Source of the DNA: Felis catus
Lineage: Eukaryota
Direction of reading: 5' to 3'
DNA length: 64,000 bases
Assembly: GCF_018350175.1 (NCBI RefSeq)
Contig: NC_058382.1
Coordinates: 55,306,001 to 55,370,000 of the forward strand
Positions 36,246 through 47,811 of this stretch are shown piece by piece. Position numbers and translations under genes: made by a program. How positions within the stretch are numbered: position 1 is the stretch's first letter; the number at the start of each line of letters is the position of its first letter. The notes under the pieces are model-generated. The model saw only the letters and a program-made list of their open reading frames with translations. It was not told the origin of the DNA and made no database searches.

Positions 36246-36378
36246 GGGGGCACCCGGGTGGCTCAGGCACTTGAGCCTCAGACTCCTGGTTTCGGCTCAG
36301 GTTGTGATCTCATGGTTCGTGAGTTCAAGCCCAGCATCGGGCTCTGTGATGACAGCGTGGAGCCTGCTTGGGATTCTC

Positions 36379-36415
<37 letters not shown>

Positions 36416-36477
36416 GCCCTCCCCTGCTCACTTTCTCTCTCTCTCTCTTTCAAAAACAAATAAACATTAGAAAAAAG
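36246..36477 (+). mobile_element. Carnivore SINE in SDR42E1 intron 2
   Basis: Full SINE with long (CT)n. Confidence 0.9.
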
Positions 36478-36750
36478 AGTAAGTATTATTTTAAAATGTT
36501 TTTGGTGGGCGCATTATCTACACCCGCCCCCAATTTAATGCCTTTACAAAGAATCTTTCTTAAAGTAGTATATATCTGTAGTTCTGAATTTCAATGTCTG
36601 AGCAGTGGGCAACCTAGTTCATTTCTGGTTTAACGCTGTTCAAATGAGCAAAAGTCTACACTGTACTCATGTCAGAGTCAAAAGCTGTCATTTTTTTTCC
36701 AGCAACTACCAATAAAATAATTCCACAGACGTGTTTATCGATGCACTGAC

Positions 36751-36818
36751 CGGAAACCGAAATAGCCACCTCCTCCTGTAATAAGGACCGTTTCCTTCGG
36801 GGATTTGCGGGAGTCCAT
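36751..36818 (-). CDS. SDR42E1: SDR42E1 first coding segment (MDSRKSPKETVLITGGGGYFGFR); exon 2 spans 36751-36844
   Basis: ATG in good Kozak context (GCCACCTATGG); TGxxGxxG Rossmann motif; GTCAGT donor; phase fits next exon (CG|C = Arg); 68+1114 = 1182 nt = 393 aa plus stop; upstream acceptor TTTCTTTCTACTAG. Confidence 0.96.
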
Positions 36819-37863
36819 AGGTGGCAGTCAGGAGCTCACTGGACCTAGTAGAAAGAAATGCAACAATGTTACTGACCCCACCTGGCCTAGTGCTGCATCA
36901 GAAAAGGGGAGCTGATAACAAGGCTTATGAAGACTCAGCAGAACGCCCAACAGAGGACGGGCACTCTGTGATGTCATTTCTCACACTTCCTTTGCTTGGA
37001 GCTCTAAGGGTCTGGGGACTGGTTGTCCCATTACCTTTCCACGTACCAAGGTCACATCTCTCAAAAGCACAGGGTTGCGGAAATGCTTGACGAGTTCTTC
37101 TGCACAACCGTACTAAGTTCCTGAGATCGCCAGGAAAGCTAACCAGTCCACCACGCAGAGAGAGGTCAGTGGGTGGGACAGCTACGGAGGCTGTTTCTAA
37201 ACACAGTGGATGTCAGTCACGGATATTTCAACCCGGACTTCCTCCCTGGATCTCCGTGATGTGGCGCCAATCTCCCTCCCTGACTTCATCTGGCGTTCTC
37301 CCGCCGCCCACTGGACTCCCTTTGAGATGCCAAGCCCGTCTGCAACTTGAGGGCTGCACACACCTTCTATTTCACCTTAGTGGGAAGGGCTGTTCTTTGC
37401 CCGGCTGTACCTTTCCCAATCGCTAGGTCTGCCTGAACGTCCCTTGCTCAGTCAGGGATGCTTCTCTGATTGCCCTAAGGGAGAGCCCCTGACCTTAAAT
37501 ACTGCCGTTGTTCCTTCATGGCACGTCTTATCACCTGAAAGTATCTTTTCTGTTTTAAACTATTGCTCTCCTTACAATAGAACATAAGTTCCATGAGAAC
37601 TGAGACCTTCTGCCTTTTCTGCTGACAAGCCTTTTCCAGAACCTACCACATGGCAGATGTTCAACAAATATTTGTTGAATTTACGGGTGATTTTGAACAC
37701 CGTGAAATACACCCAGTTGAGTAAAATTGTTTTGGGCACAAATGACGCAGGGCTCTGCAGTGTGTAAGAGTCACCGCTGTGTAAGTCAAAGAACACTGCC
37801 GCTCTCTTTTCTTTCTTGCTTTCACATTGCCATTTTCATTAAACTTCTCTCCTAAGAAATTCT

Positions 37864-38025
37864 GGGGGGTGCCTGGGTGGCTCAGTAGGTTAAGCAGCTG
37901 ACTCTAGATTTTGGCTCTGGTCATGATCTCACGGTTTGTGAGCGTGAGTCCCGCATCGGGCTCCATGCTGGCAGCGTGGAGCTTGCTTGCGATTCTCTAA
38001 GTAAATAAACAAACAAACAAACAAA
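37864..38025 (+). mobile_element. Carnivore SINE with (AAAC)n tail
   Basis: Head GGGGTGCCTGGGTGGCTCAG. Confidence 0.85.
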
Positions 38026-38779
38026 AGTCTGGGTTACGGAATGAAAACAACGCAAAGCTAAATGAGACGAACTTCTGCATTCTGGACCTGACGATGGAGT
38101 GAGGCTTTTGGAAGCAGCTAAACTACAAGGTGAAAAGGAGGAAACAAGATTGCTGTCACGTGTCGGTGTAAGCAAGGTGCCGTGGGAGCACCGAGCTGGG
38201 CGTGGAGAGAAACTGACTCTGAAGAGCTCATCAGAGAAGACTGCACTGCGAAGTGGGCATCAGAGCTGAAGGGTGACAACAAGAGGACTGAGGCGGGCTG
38301 AGACAGGCTGAGGGAGCATCACGAATGAACAGAATGGTGACGGGAAAGGCCGTGTTGGGCAATTAATATAGTGATTCAGGCGGGAAAGATAGCCTGGGGT
38401 CAGCTTGGAGACACCTCTGAGCTCCTGAAGGGGAACGTGAATTCTATTCTGCAGACAACCCAACAGCCCCGCGCCCTCTGGTCCTTGTAAAAGATCAAAC
38501 TTTTCCCGGAGGGAAGGAGAGCCTGAAAACCGGCAAGGTCTGGGTAAGAGGTGATGGGGCTGTGCTAGAGGCCTATCAGTGAGGACGCAGTGCCAGGGTG
38601 CTCGGCTGAAATCAGGACGTGAGCCGGCGAGCAACTGAGTGAGCCCGCAGTGGGCAGCACCCAGGCGGAGTCTGAGGGGTGCGCCATCATTAACCCAAGC
38701 GACACACACAGGCTTTGAAAACGTTCTGTTTGGTTAACAGAGTTCTGATTAATAGGATGCCAGATAACAAAGTCTAAGA

Positions 38780-39006
38780 TTTTTTAAAAAATGTTTAATG
38801 TTTAATTATTTGTTTTGAGAGAGAGAGTGAGCAGGGGAGGGACAGACAGAGCAGGAGACAAAGAACCCGAAGCAGGTTCCAGGCTCCAAACTGTCAGCAC
38901 AGAGCCCGACGTTGGGCTCGAACCCACGGACTGTGACATCATGACCTGAGCCAAAGTCCGACGCTCAACTGACTGAATCAAACTGACTGAACCACCCAGG
39001 CACCCC
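38780..39006 (-). mobile_element. Felid SINE
   Basis: Reverse-complement SINE. Confidence 0.9.
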
Positions 39007-40519
39007 AAGGTATTCTTAATATCTCCACAAGAATTCCACGGTAAGGGATTCAGAAAATGGACCAGGCCTCAGAGTCCAATTAAGAAAATTCCAACAGAAA
39101 TTCTCCCTAATCTCTTAATTATTCTGTTTTTGAAACCACCCACTCCGGACCAGTCACAGGACCACAGGTCAGTCATGGCACATGTGCACATTAATCATGC
39201 TGGGAATGTAGAGGTGCACGTTATTAATGCTTCAGAGGACCTGCCAGGTCTATTCACCCTCCTTCTCATCAGCTTCCAACTACTGCCACAAGGATCCGAG
39301 GGGAGAACTTGTATGACTGACCTGATCAAGGGGTCAGACGAGAAAGGTGGCAATGAACAGGGGAAAAGTAATGATGGGGCAAGACAGCGAGGAAAAGAAG
39401 CCTATCCACCAGGTGGGTAAAACCTTCACAGATCACCAGCCATTAACATCCCCACCCGAGCTGCCTTCTTGCTTCCTGGCTCCCTACATCAAAAAGCACA
39501 GAAAAAAAACACAAAAAAACAAAAAACACTGCAGTAAACACATCTCCCGGAAAACTGCAACAAACTTCCAAGAACACTAAGCCAGAAGGGAGAAGAAGCG
39601 TATACAATTTTTCTTCAACTAGCTGCCTGACTTTTACATTCTTCATGGCTTCTGTTTTATTAATTAGTTACCATCTGATTCCTCCTGGGGCTGGGCACTC
39701 AGGCCAATGTTTATAATCACAATTACTTTAAGGCTCTTTCAAAACCCGGCTTAGTAATTGCTTTCCTCTGGGTGGAGGGGGGAAGGGTCACATCTGACCT
39801 GAGCAGTCATTCTATCAGATATGGGTTAAAGTTAAGTACATGATCCAAAAAAAGGAATCTTAATTACAAACAGGAAAAAATGAAATTTAAATCCGCCTGA
39901 CCTCTTGATAATACTAAGATAAAGTGAGGGTAATAAAGTTGACATCTCACAGGGAAGTTATGAGAAAACTCATAAAAATGACTACGGGTACCTTAGACTT
40001 ACAAAGACCTAATTAAATGCGAAGGATCAGTAATAAGAACCTTAGATTATGCACACAGTTCCTTCATCCCTTGAGTTCAAGTTGATGACGTTACTAACCC
40101 TCTGGTATTATAATGTAATATACAAATCTAGGTGCCACTGGAGTCCACAACAGATAAGAGAATTGAAGACTGCTTTCATAAAAATAAAATTTTACTACGT
40201 TTGCTTTAAGCAAGATAAAGTAACTCCAAGTACTTTAACCCTGTGATGGTGTGTTTTAAATTACTGCCCAAGTACTACCTAGAGGCAAAAGGTAACTGTG
40301 TTCTTACTGGATTGAGATCAGGAAAATACATTGAGGCTAGAGGGTTTAGAAATGGTGCTGTTCAAATTCCATGCATGATCTAAAAATTATTTGTGTTTAA
40401 TATCAAGCAAAGCAATAAAGATATTGTTAAAGATAAGGAGAGTAACCCTGATACAGGTGAAGGGGGTGGGAGGTATACAACCTAAAAGGCCAAATACACT
40501 TGGAAAGAAAATTAACTGG

Positions 40520-40857
40520 AAAGTCGATATACTCATAACAGAGAGTAGCATTGTGGTTACTGGAGACTGGGGGTTGGAGGAAATGAGCCGGCACAAATTT
40601 CCAATAATAAGAGAAAGTTCTGGAGAACTAGTATACAGCAGTATATGTGACTACAGTCAACAACACTGTATTATATACCTGAAACCTGCTAAGAGTAGCT
40701 CTTGAAAGTTCTCAGCACACACGCAATAATTATGTGAGGTGCCTGAGATGTTAACATACTTTATTTTGGTTATTTCACGGCATAACAAATCATCACATTG
40801 CAAACCTTAAATTTACAGTGTTAGGTCAATTATCTCAATAAAGCTGGAAGAAAAAAA
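40520..40857 (+). mobile_element. L1MA9/10-type LINE-1 3' end
   Basis: acagagagtag..tggttac...gctaagagtag.tcttgaaagttctca...GTCAATTATCTCAATAAAGCTGGAAGAAAAAAA. Confidence 0.8.
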
Positions 40858-41250
40858 TATCTTAAACTACCCCCCTCCCCCCCCCCCCCACACTGGGCTA
40901 CAAATTATGCAAGTTGTACTGGTTGAGCTACTAGCTCTTGAAGCCAGGCCTGGAGGACTTCCCAGCCAGGACTCTTAACCCTGTGTGTCGCCCCCCTGGG
41001 GTTGAGACAAGGCTGTACCACCGCTGCTACTATTACTTATTATGTTTTATTTAAATCTATTCACCTTTTTACAAGAAATACATTCATTTTAAGTGGGAAC
41101 CTCACACTTCCACTGTAAGTGGGAACCACCCGTCCTATGGAAAGGTAGTATTTCTAGGAACTGCGAAATGAAAAGTGATCAAGTCTAGCTAGATACAGAT
41201 GCCTGCTGCAAACTCGGAGCTTGGGGCGGGGGGGAGGGGTGTCTGCTGTT

Positions 41251-41252
<2 letters not shown>

Positions 41253-41298
<46 letters not shown>
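41253..41298. repeat. (CA)n microsatellite, about 23 units
   Basis: Direct reading. Confidence 0.97.
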
Positions 41299-41300
<2 letters not shown>

Positions 41301-41339
41301 AGAAAAAAGGAAACCCCCAGCGCCTAGACAGTGTGTGAG

Positions 41340-41860
41340 GTCTTCGCGACATTCTAGAAAGCCACGCGGCGCCCGGCTCGTTGGAATCCGAGAGAGCGCT
41401 GGAAAGGGAAGGACGTTCCCATCACCGGGGTGGACGTCACTCACTCCCGCGCCCCGTACCACCTGCCGCCCGGCTCGTCCCACCCCGGCCGCCACGACGC
41501 GCGGGTGGGGCCGGGTCACCGACAGCCGGCTCGGCCCCGGGTCCCGGCGGAGCGGCGGTGGCCCTCCCGACCCAGGCCCGGGGCCCACTCACAGCGGCGA
41601 GAGACGGCAGCGCACGCAGGCCGTGAGAGATACGCTCGCCCCAGGCCGGTGCGTCCGCCGCGACCACCCCCGCTCCGCGCGGGAGCCGTCGGGCCGGCCT
41701 CCTGGAGCCACTTCCGGGCCTCTCTAGGAAGCCCGGAGGTCTCGGCATCTCTATGATGTGCGGGCTCTCTTCCATCCTCACCTGGGCTGGGCCAGCAGGT
41801 CCACTCCAGGAATCTCTCTCAGGTGCCCAACCCGAGCGTTCCAGCCTCGCGGGAGCCCTT
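41340..41860 (-). promoter_or_regulatory. CpG island promoter of SDR42E1 with ETS/GABP motif CCGGAAGT (41710-41717, minus)
   Basis: Densest CpG-rich unique stretch in the window; lies 5' of SDR42E1 coding exons on the minus strand. Confidence 0.85.
41593..41720 (-). other. SDR42E1: SDR42E1 non-coding exon 1 (5' end approximate)
   Basis: Minus-strand donor GTGAGT at 41592-41587 inside the CpG island; exon 2 has an acceptor only 26 nt upstream of the ATG, so an upstream exon is required. Confidence 0.7.
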
Positions 41861-41999
41861 GCAGGGTCATCCCTACTGCTATTCCCACCTCCACTGTCTG
41901 CTTTTAGACTTCCGCCTCCGTTTTTGTGTCCCCACAGGGCTGAGCACAGTGCCTGGTAACTGGGGAGGGGGGCGGTGCTCAGCTCAGTCAGTACTGCTG

Positions 42000-42037
42000 G
42001 GATGGATGATGGATGATAGGTGGATGGATGATGGATG
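42000..42037. repeat. (GATG)n-type repeat
   Basis: Direct reading. Confidence 0.8.
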
Positions 42038-42269
42038 AGGCTCCATGAAACTACTGAATAGTCACTCTCCAGGTCTTTTCAAGTCTCTAGCTCGGAGTCT
42101 TCACGTTTATGTATGTCTATATGTTTTCCCGTGTCCCTGATTTACCCTAGTTTTTTTCCGGTTCCAGGTGTGAGGGAATGAAAGCAAGACACCAGTAGCG
42201 TCTGCTACGCATCAGAATCCTGTAATGCTGTGCTTTTTTTTTTTTTTTTATGCTGTGCTTTAAAAAAAA

Positions 42270-42703
42270 AAAGTTTTTTTTTATTATTTAAAAAAATTTT
42301 TAATGTTTATCTTTGACAGAGAGAGAGAGAGAGAGAGAGCGAGCATGACCTGGGGAGGGACAGAAAGAGAGGGAGAGACAGAATCCAAAGCAGGCTCCAG
42401 GCTCTGAGCTGTCAGCACAGAGCCCAACACAGGGCTCGAACTCATGAACCGTGAGATCATGACCTGAGCTGAAGTGGGACGCTTAATGGACTGAGCCACC
42501 CAGGTGCCCCTAAAAAAATTTGTTTATTTATTTTTGAGATAAAGCATGCACGAGTGAGGGGCAGAGAGAGGGGGACAGAGTTTTCTAAAGTAGGCTCTGC
42601 GTTGACAGCGGACAGCCCGATGCGGGGCCCAAACTCACAAGCCACGAGATCATGACCTGAGCCAAAGTTGGATGCTTAGCCGACTGAGCAACCCAGGAAC
42701 CCC
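42270..42703 (-). mobile_element. Two tandem felid SINEs (about 42270-42510 and 42511-42703)
   Basis: Two reverse-complement SINE bodies; TGCTGTGCTTT repeated at the flanks. Confidence 0.9.
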
Positions 42704-43579
42704 AGTGCTGTGCTTTTTAAGGGTGCTCCATGTTGGGTTGCTGAGGAGTGGGGTTTCTGTCCAACCCCACTGATTCCCTTGGACACAGCTCCTGAAGTGG
42801 CTTGTGACCTGAGCCCTAAGGAACAAGTAGGAGATGGCCCAAGGAGAAGAGAAGAAAGGAACATTTTGGTGGAAAAAATAACAGGGCAAAAGCATAAAGT
42901 CAGGATTGAATGCCACATGCCTGAGGAATAAAGAGGCACTGCAGGCTAACGATATTTGTGGAGATCGAAAGGAGAGGAGAGGGAGAGGAAAAGAGACACA
43001 GTTCTGTATAGTACTCAGACCAATTGATCTGAAGGGAAAGACCATTGTCTGCATTGGGACTGTCCAGGAGGATTCAGCAAGACAGCAGAAGTCTGTAGGT
43101 GGGAGAGGGCATGATCCAGACCCCCATATTCCACCCTTTTCTCAGAATTAACCTCTTGACTGCTGCTGGAGCTTCCTCAGAGCTCTGCTGTGGTTTTAGG
43201 ACACCGCAGCATCTGAAAACACTGATACACTTTGAGGGTGTCTGTCTGCCCCTCGAGATCGTTTCTCCAGGAGGCCACACTTTCAGGGGTGGTGGTGTTC
43301 AGACAGGATGTGTTGTGATCAGCTAGGAGGTGTCATACTAATGTCTCACCTATAGTATAGTAGTGAGCGTGAAGTGATGAATAACTTACCTTTCTAGTCT
43401 TTAGGCTTAGAGCAAGTATAGCAAGGAGGTAAGGAACAGACCTTAGAGTCAGAGCAGTGGGGATTGGAACCCTGGCTCTGTATAGAAGAGTCCCGAACTG
43501 ATGAATGAGGTGAGGTCTGTGTCCTCCTCAGACCCCTCCTGGGCAACGTTAGCTGCTTTTGTTATAGATCATCTTCAAG

Positions 43580-44605
43580 ACTACGTGTGCAAAACTTGGG
43601 CGGGAATATTCACATCAGCATTATTCACAAGCGCTCCAAAGAAGAAGTAATCCAAATGCCCATCAGTGGGTAAATGGATAAATAAAATGTGGTCTGTCCA
43701 TACGAATAGAGTATTATTCACCTGTAAAAAGCAACCAAGTACAGGTCTTCCTCGACTTGCAGTGGGGTTATGTCCTGACGAAGCCATCGTAAACTGAAAA
43801 TGTAGGTCGAAACTGCATTTAATTCCCCTAACCTACTGAACATGACAGCTTAGCCTCCCCTCCCTTAAATGTGCTCCGAATACTTACATTAGCCTACAGT
43901 CGGGCAAAATCATCTCACATAAAGCCTATTTTATAATAGTGGTGAGTGTCTCGTGTAATTTGTCAAATACTGTACTGAAAGTGACAAACGGAACTGTTGT
44001 AGGCGGACAGACGGTTGTGTCGCAGTTGTTCCCCCTCCTGATCGCGTGGTCGACTGGGAGCTTTGGCCTGCGGCTGCTGCCTGGCATCACGAGAGAGGAT
44101 CATCCAAAAAATCGGTAGCCTGGGAACAGACCCTTATTCCCGATTCCCAATTCCAAGTGTGGTTTCTACCCAAGGCCCACGGCTTTCTCACCATCAGAAA
44201 GTTGAAAAATCGAAAGTCACACCCCTGTAAGTCTGGAGTCAGGGGCCGTCTGTAGTGATATGGGCTACCGCATGGATGGCCCTAGAAAACATTATGCTCG
44301 TGTTTTTACTAGCCAGCTTCAGAAGCCAGTCACACAAGACCACATACTGCATGATTTCACGTATGTGACATGTCCATAGGCAAATCCATAGAGACAAAAA
44401 GCCGATTGGTGGTTGCCAGCGGCTGGGAGGTTTGGGGTGAGATGGGGAGTGACTGCTCATGGGTACAGAGTTCCTTTCTGCAGTGACGGAATGTGGTGAT
44501 GGCTGCACACCTGTGCGAATACTAAAAACCACTGATTTGTATCCCTTAAATGGGTGGGTTTTACGATATGTACATTAGACATCTCCATACAACTGTCATT
44601 AAAAA
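43580..44605 (+). mobile_element. L1MB-type 3' end, split by a Tigger element
   Basis: ttcacatcagcattattcacaa..ccaaatgcccatca..gaaaacattatgct..agaagccagtcacacaagaccacata..gtatcccttaaatgggtg. Confidence 0.8.
43742..44252 (+). mobile_element. MER47/Tigger5-family DNA transposon
   Basis: CAG...CTG termini with degenerate inverted repeats and TA duplication (43740-41, 44253-54); body cacttacattagcctacagt.gggcaaaatcatct typical of MER47. Confidence 0.85.
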
Positions 44606-46299
44606 CAGATTACACCTACAATATTGTCAGTCTCATTGTAATTGCAATGTTGTCTGAGTAAGAGAGGACAGGATGGCCCATCATCCTGGACGTGCCCACA
44701 GAAGCGTGTCATAGGAGGCAGAATCAATACAGGTAAAAGTTGAGGAACCATTGCCTTAGGGAAATAAGCATAATTCTCCTTTCCACCATCTCAATATGGA
44801 GGCTTTGCGCCCCCCGCCCCGGACGCTGCTGTCACCTTCCTCCTTCTCAGGGCAAGGAGGAGAGAGTACAAAGCAGAAGGAAAAGTAAGGTTTGAATAAT
44901 AAATGCTTTCCAATTAGCTGCCTTGAAAACTGAGAGCCGGCTTGTATTCATCTTCATGATCAAATTACTTCATTTTGTCTCTCGTCTAACTGCTCGGGTA
45001 ATTTTATGCCAGGATTATTTTAGTCATTCTAATTATGCAGGCATCAATATTTAGTGGGTGTTTACCTAACCCACTGCGTACCCAGAGGTGTTCTTCCCTC
45101 AGAGACCATGGCAGCACAATATAATATGAATAGGCATGCAAGGTATAGAAATGAAGTCCCTTTGATTTCTCCCTCCTTGTTTGCAAGGAACGTTCAGGTG
45201 GTGTTTCTTGAAAGAACAACGTGTGTCCTATTCAGATGCATCTACAAAAGGCAGTGCTGTCCGTGTTACCAGTTCATTATATGATACTAAATGCAATTCT
45301 TGTGCAGATGTTTCATTAGGGATTCAGTGATGCAAGACAAATTAAAATTCACCGTTTGTTTACATTTTCTTTTTGGCAAAGAACCTTTCCTCGCTAGTCG
45401 CCTCGTGTTTGAATTTCTGTCACTGGCAATATCACTGACCCCCTTTCCCCCTGGAACCCCTTCTCCTTTGAGAGAATGCTCTCTCAGTCTGCTCACTGTG
45501 CTCCTCTCAGTCTTTTCCTCCTCGTCCTTCATCCCATCCTCTCCGTTTTCTTTCTTTGGCCCCTTTGTATATTCTTCCCAGCTCTTAACTGGGTACAACC
45601 CACGATTCAACCTCCAGCTTTCTTTTCTTCTACATCTACATCCTTTGCCTAAAAGAAGTCATTAGTTATCTTGGTTTCAACTCTGAACGCAGCCCGAGAG
45701 ACCCCCGAACATGTATAAGCTTGCCCCTAGGAGGTATTGATGGGGACCGTCCACCTGTGTGAAGCTCATGTCCAAAGGTGTATTCCTTATCTCAAGCAAT
45801 ACCTGGCATTGGCTGCATTTTTTTTGACATCTTCTTTTCCTTCATTCAGATATCCATTTAATTTTGCCTTGCAAAGTGTCTTGGACCCATACTCTCTTGC
45901 CATTCCTTCTGCTTCCTTTCTATTTTCCTGAGGGCCTCCCGAAAGAGTAATATCCCAGGGTGCCATCAGGTTAATCTTGGCCATCTTCGGAGTGTGAATA
46001 TCTCTTAGACAATCCATCCTGAGGCCAGGCCATGGAGCTGCCCTCTCACTCACTTCCTCCCTTCCGGGGTCTAAAAACACCATGCTCCTGGACCACTTTC
46101 TCAAGTCCTGTGGAGTGAGGCAAAGCTGATGGTAGGATGTGAAATGGAACACTGCCAGGGCACCCCACGGACCACAGGACTCGGGAATGCGGAAAGAGAG
46201 AGAGACTAGGGCCGGGGCCTCTGCCTACCAGTGGGTTGGCTCTGTGAACGGCCATTCTTCTTTCACTAAGAAGCACCTTGTTTAACTAACTAGGTGTAC

Positions 46300-46560
46300 T
46301 CCAGCCGAGTAAATCAAAACAGTTAATTTCAATACAATCGCAGGAGAATATTTTTGCTTAAATAATCTTATCGAGTGTCTTAAATATATTTTACAATAAC
46401 TTTGTGGCCGATTTACCTCATTCAACCTATGGAGGATATTCACCATATAATTGGCACAGCCTTCCACCTTGCCAAATCCATCAGCCAGATCAAAGGATTT
46501 GAATTCTTTTTGACTTAAATGCCCCAAATGATGCTTAATGATCAGCTGTTAGAAAAAAAT
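46300..46560 (-). mobile_element. Possible hAT-Charlie transposase remnant
   Basis: Minus peptide DLADGFGKVEGCANYMVNILHRLNEVN loosely fits the Charlie motif LAD.F....W...LAYL.DIF..LNELN. Confidence 0.4.
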
Positions 46561-46574
46561 GATTTCATATTTCA

Positions 46575-46789
46575 TTTTATTTATTGAAAAATGTGTATTT
46601 ATTTTGGGAGAGAGAGAGAGAGAGAGAGAGAGCAGGGGAGGGGCAGAGAGAGGAGACAGAGAATCCCAAGCAGCCTCTGCACTGTTAGTGCAGAGTCCGA
46701 TGCAGGTCTCAAACTCATGACCGTGAGATCATGAACTGAGCCAATATCAAGAGCCAGACGCTTAACCAACTGAGCCACCCAGGTGCCCC
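46575..46789 (-). mobile_element. Carnivore SINE
   Basis: Reverse-complement SINE; TCATATTTCATT flanks. Confidence 0.9.
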
Positions 46790-46949
46790 TCATATTTCAT
46801 TCTAAATAAGTATATCAGCACCCTCATGGCAATTATTTCACTTTTGGTAGATAGATTGACCGATTGTAGAGTTTGTTATTGTTGTCATGCATTTGTTACT
46901 GACATTATTTTCATGGGAAAATGTAGAGCATGTTAAGAGGAAAGGAAGG

Positions 46950-47570
46950 GGGGGCAGGGCACACTGAGCAGGAGACATTTGAGCAAGGAAATATAGGAGG
47001 CCAGGAAATTCGGCGAGTGGACAAGAGCATTCCAGGCTGAGGGGAAACCTCCAAGGCAGGAGTATGTTTGAGGACTGGCAAGGAGGCCCTTGTGACTAAA
47101 ATGGAGTGAATGAGGAGACGGAAGTCAGAGATGTGGTCCAAGAGCTACAGGGCACAAAACATGTGGCCGTGGAGCCATTTAAGGATTTTGGCTCTGACAC
47201 TGACTCTGGGTGAGATGGGGAGACTCTGGCAGGTTTGCAGCAGACGGGTGACATGACAGGGTCGAGGTTATCCAATGATTTCTCTGGTGCTGGGTTGAGG
47301 GTAGACTGTAAGGAGACAAGGGTGGAATCAGAGGGATCTAGCAGAAGGCTGTGGCTGCAATCCAGGTGAGAGGTGATGGCGGCTCGGGCCAGGTTGGCAG
47401 CAGTGGAGTGATCAGGTAGGGGGTCTATTCTGAAGGCAGGGCCAGCAAGATTCCTTGATAGATTGGATGTGGGTTGAGTCAAAGAGCCGAGCCAAGGGGA
47501 TTCCAACATGAGCGTGCTCAGCTACTAGAAGGGTGAGGCTGCCCTCACTGAGATGCTGTGATGTGCTTCT
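46950..47570 (-). mobile_element. LINE-2 fragment
   Basis: Minus text contains L2 hallmarks (AAITSHLDCSHSLL-type frame; ctgaaggcagggccagcaagattccttgatagattggatgtggg). Confidence 0.75.
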
Positions 47571-47811
47571 GGAACACACACATCCTGAACCAGGACTTGA
47601 GTGAGCTGTGAGCTGCTAACTCTGCAGGGTAGAGGGAGGAGAAGCTGAAGGTGCTGTGACAGTAAGGGAAGGAGGAAGAGGAGGGGGTTAAAGAGAGAAT
47701 GGGAAAAGCTCAAGGAAGGACCTATGAGCTCAGTGGAGTCCACAGTGGTGGAGGTAGGAGGACATGAAGGGTCTTCTTAGAAGGTAGAGTTCCTGTCAGT
47801 GTTCTACACAC

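Noticed and set aside
41154..41781. Multiple overlapping Arg/Pro/Gly-rich ORFs (up to 168 aa)
   Set aside because: Typical artefact of a GC-rich CpG island plus a CA repeat; no recognisable domain
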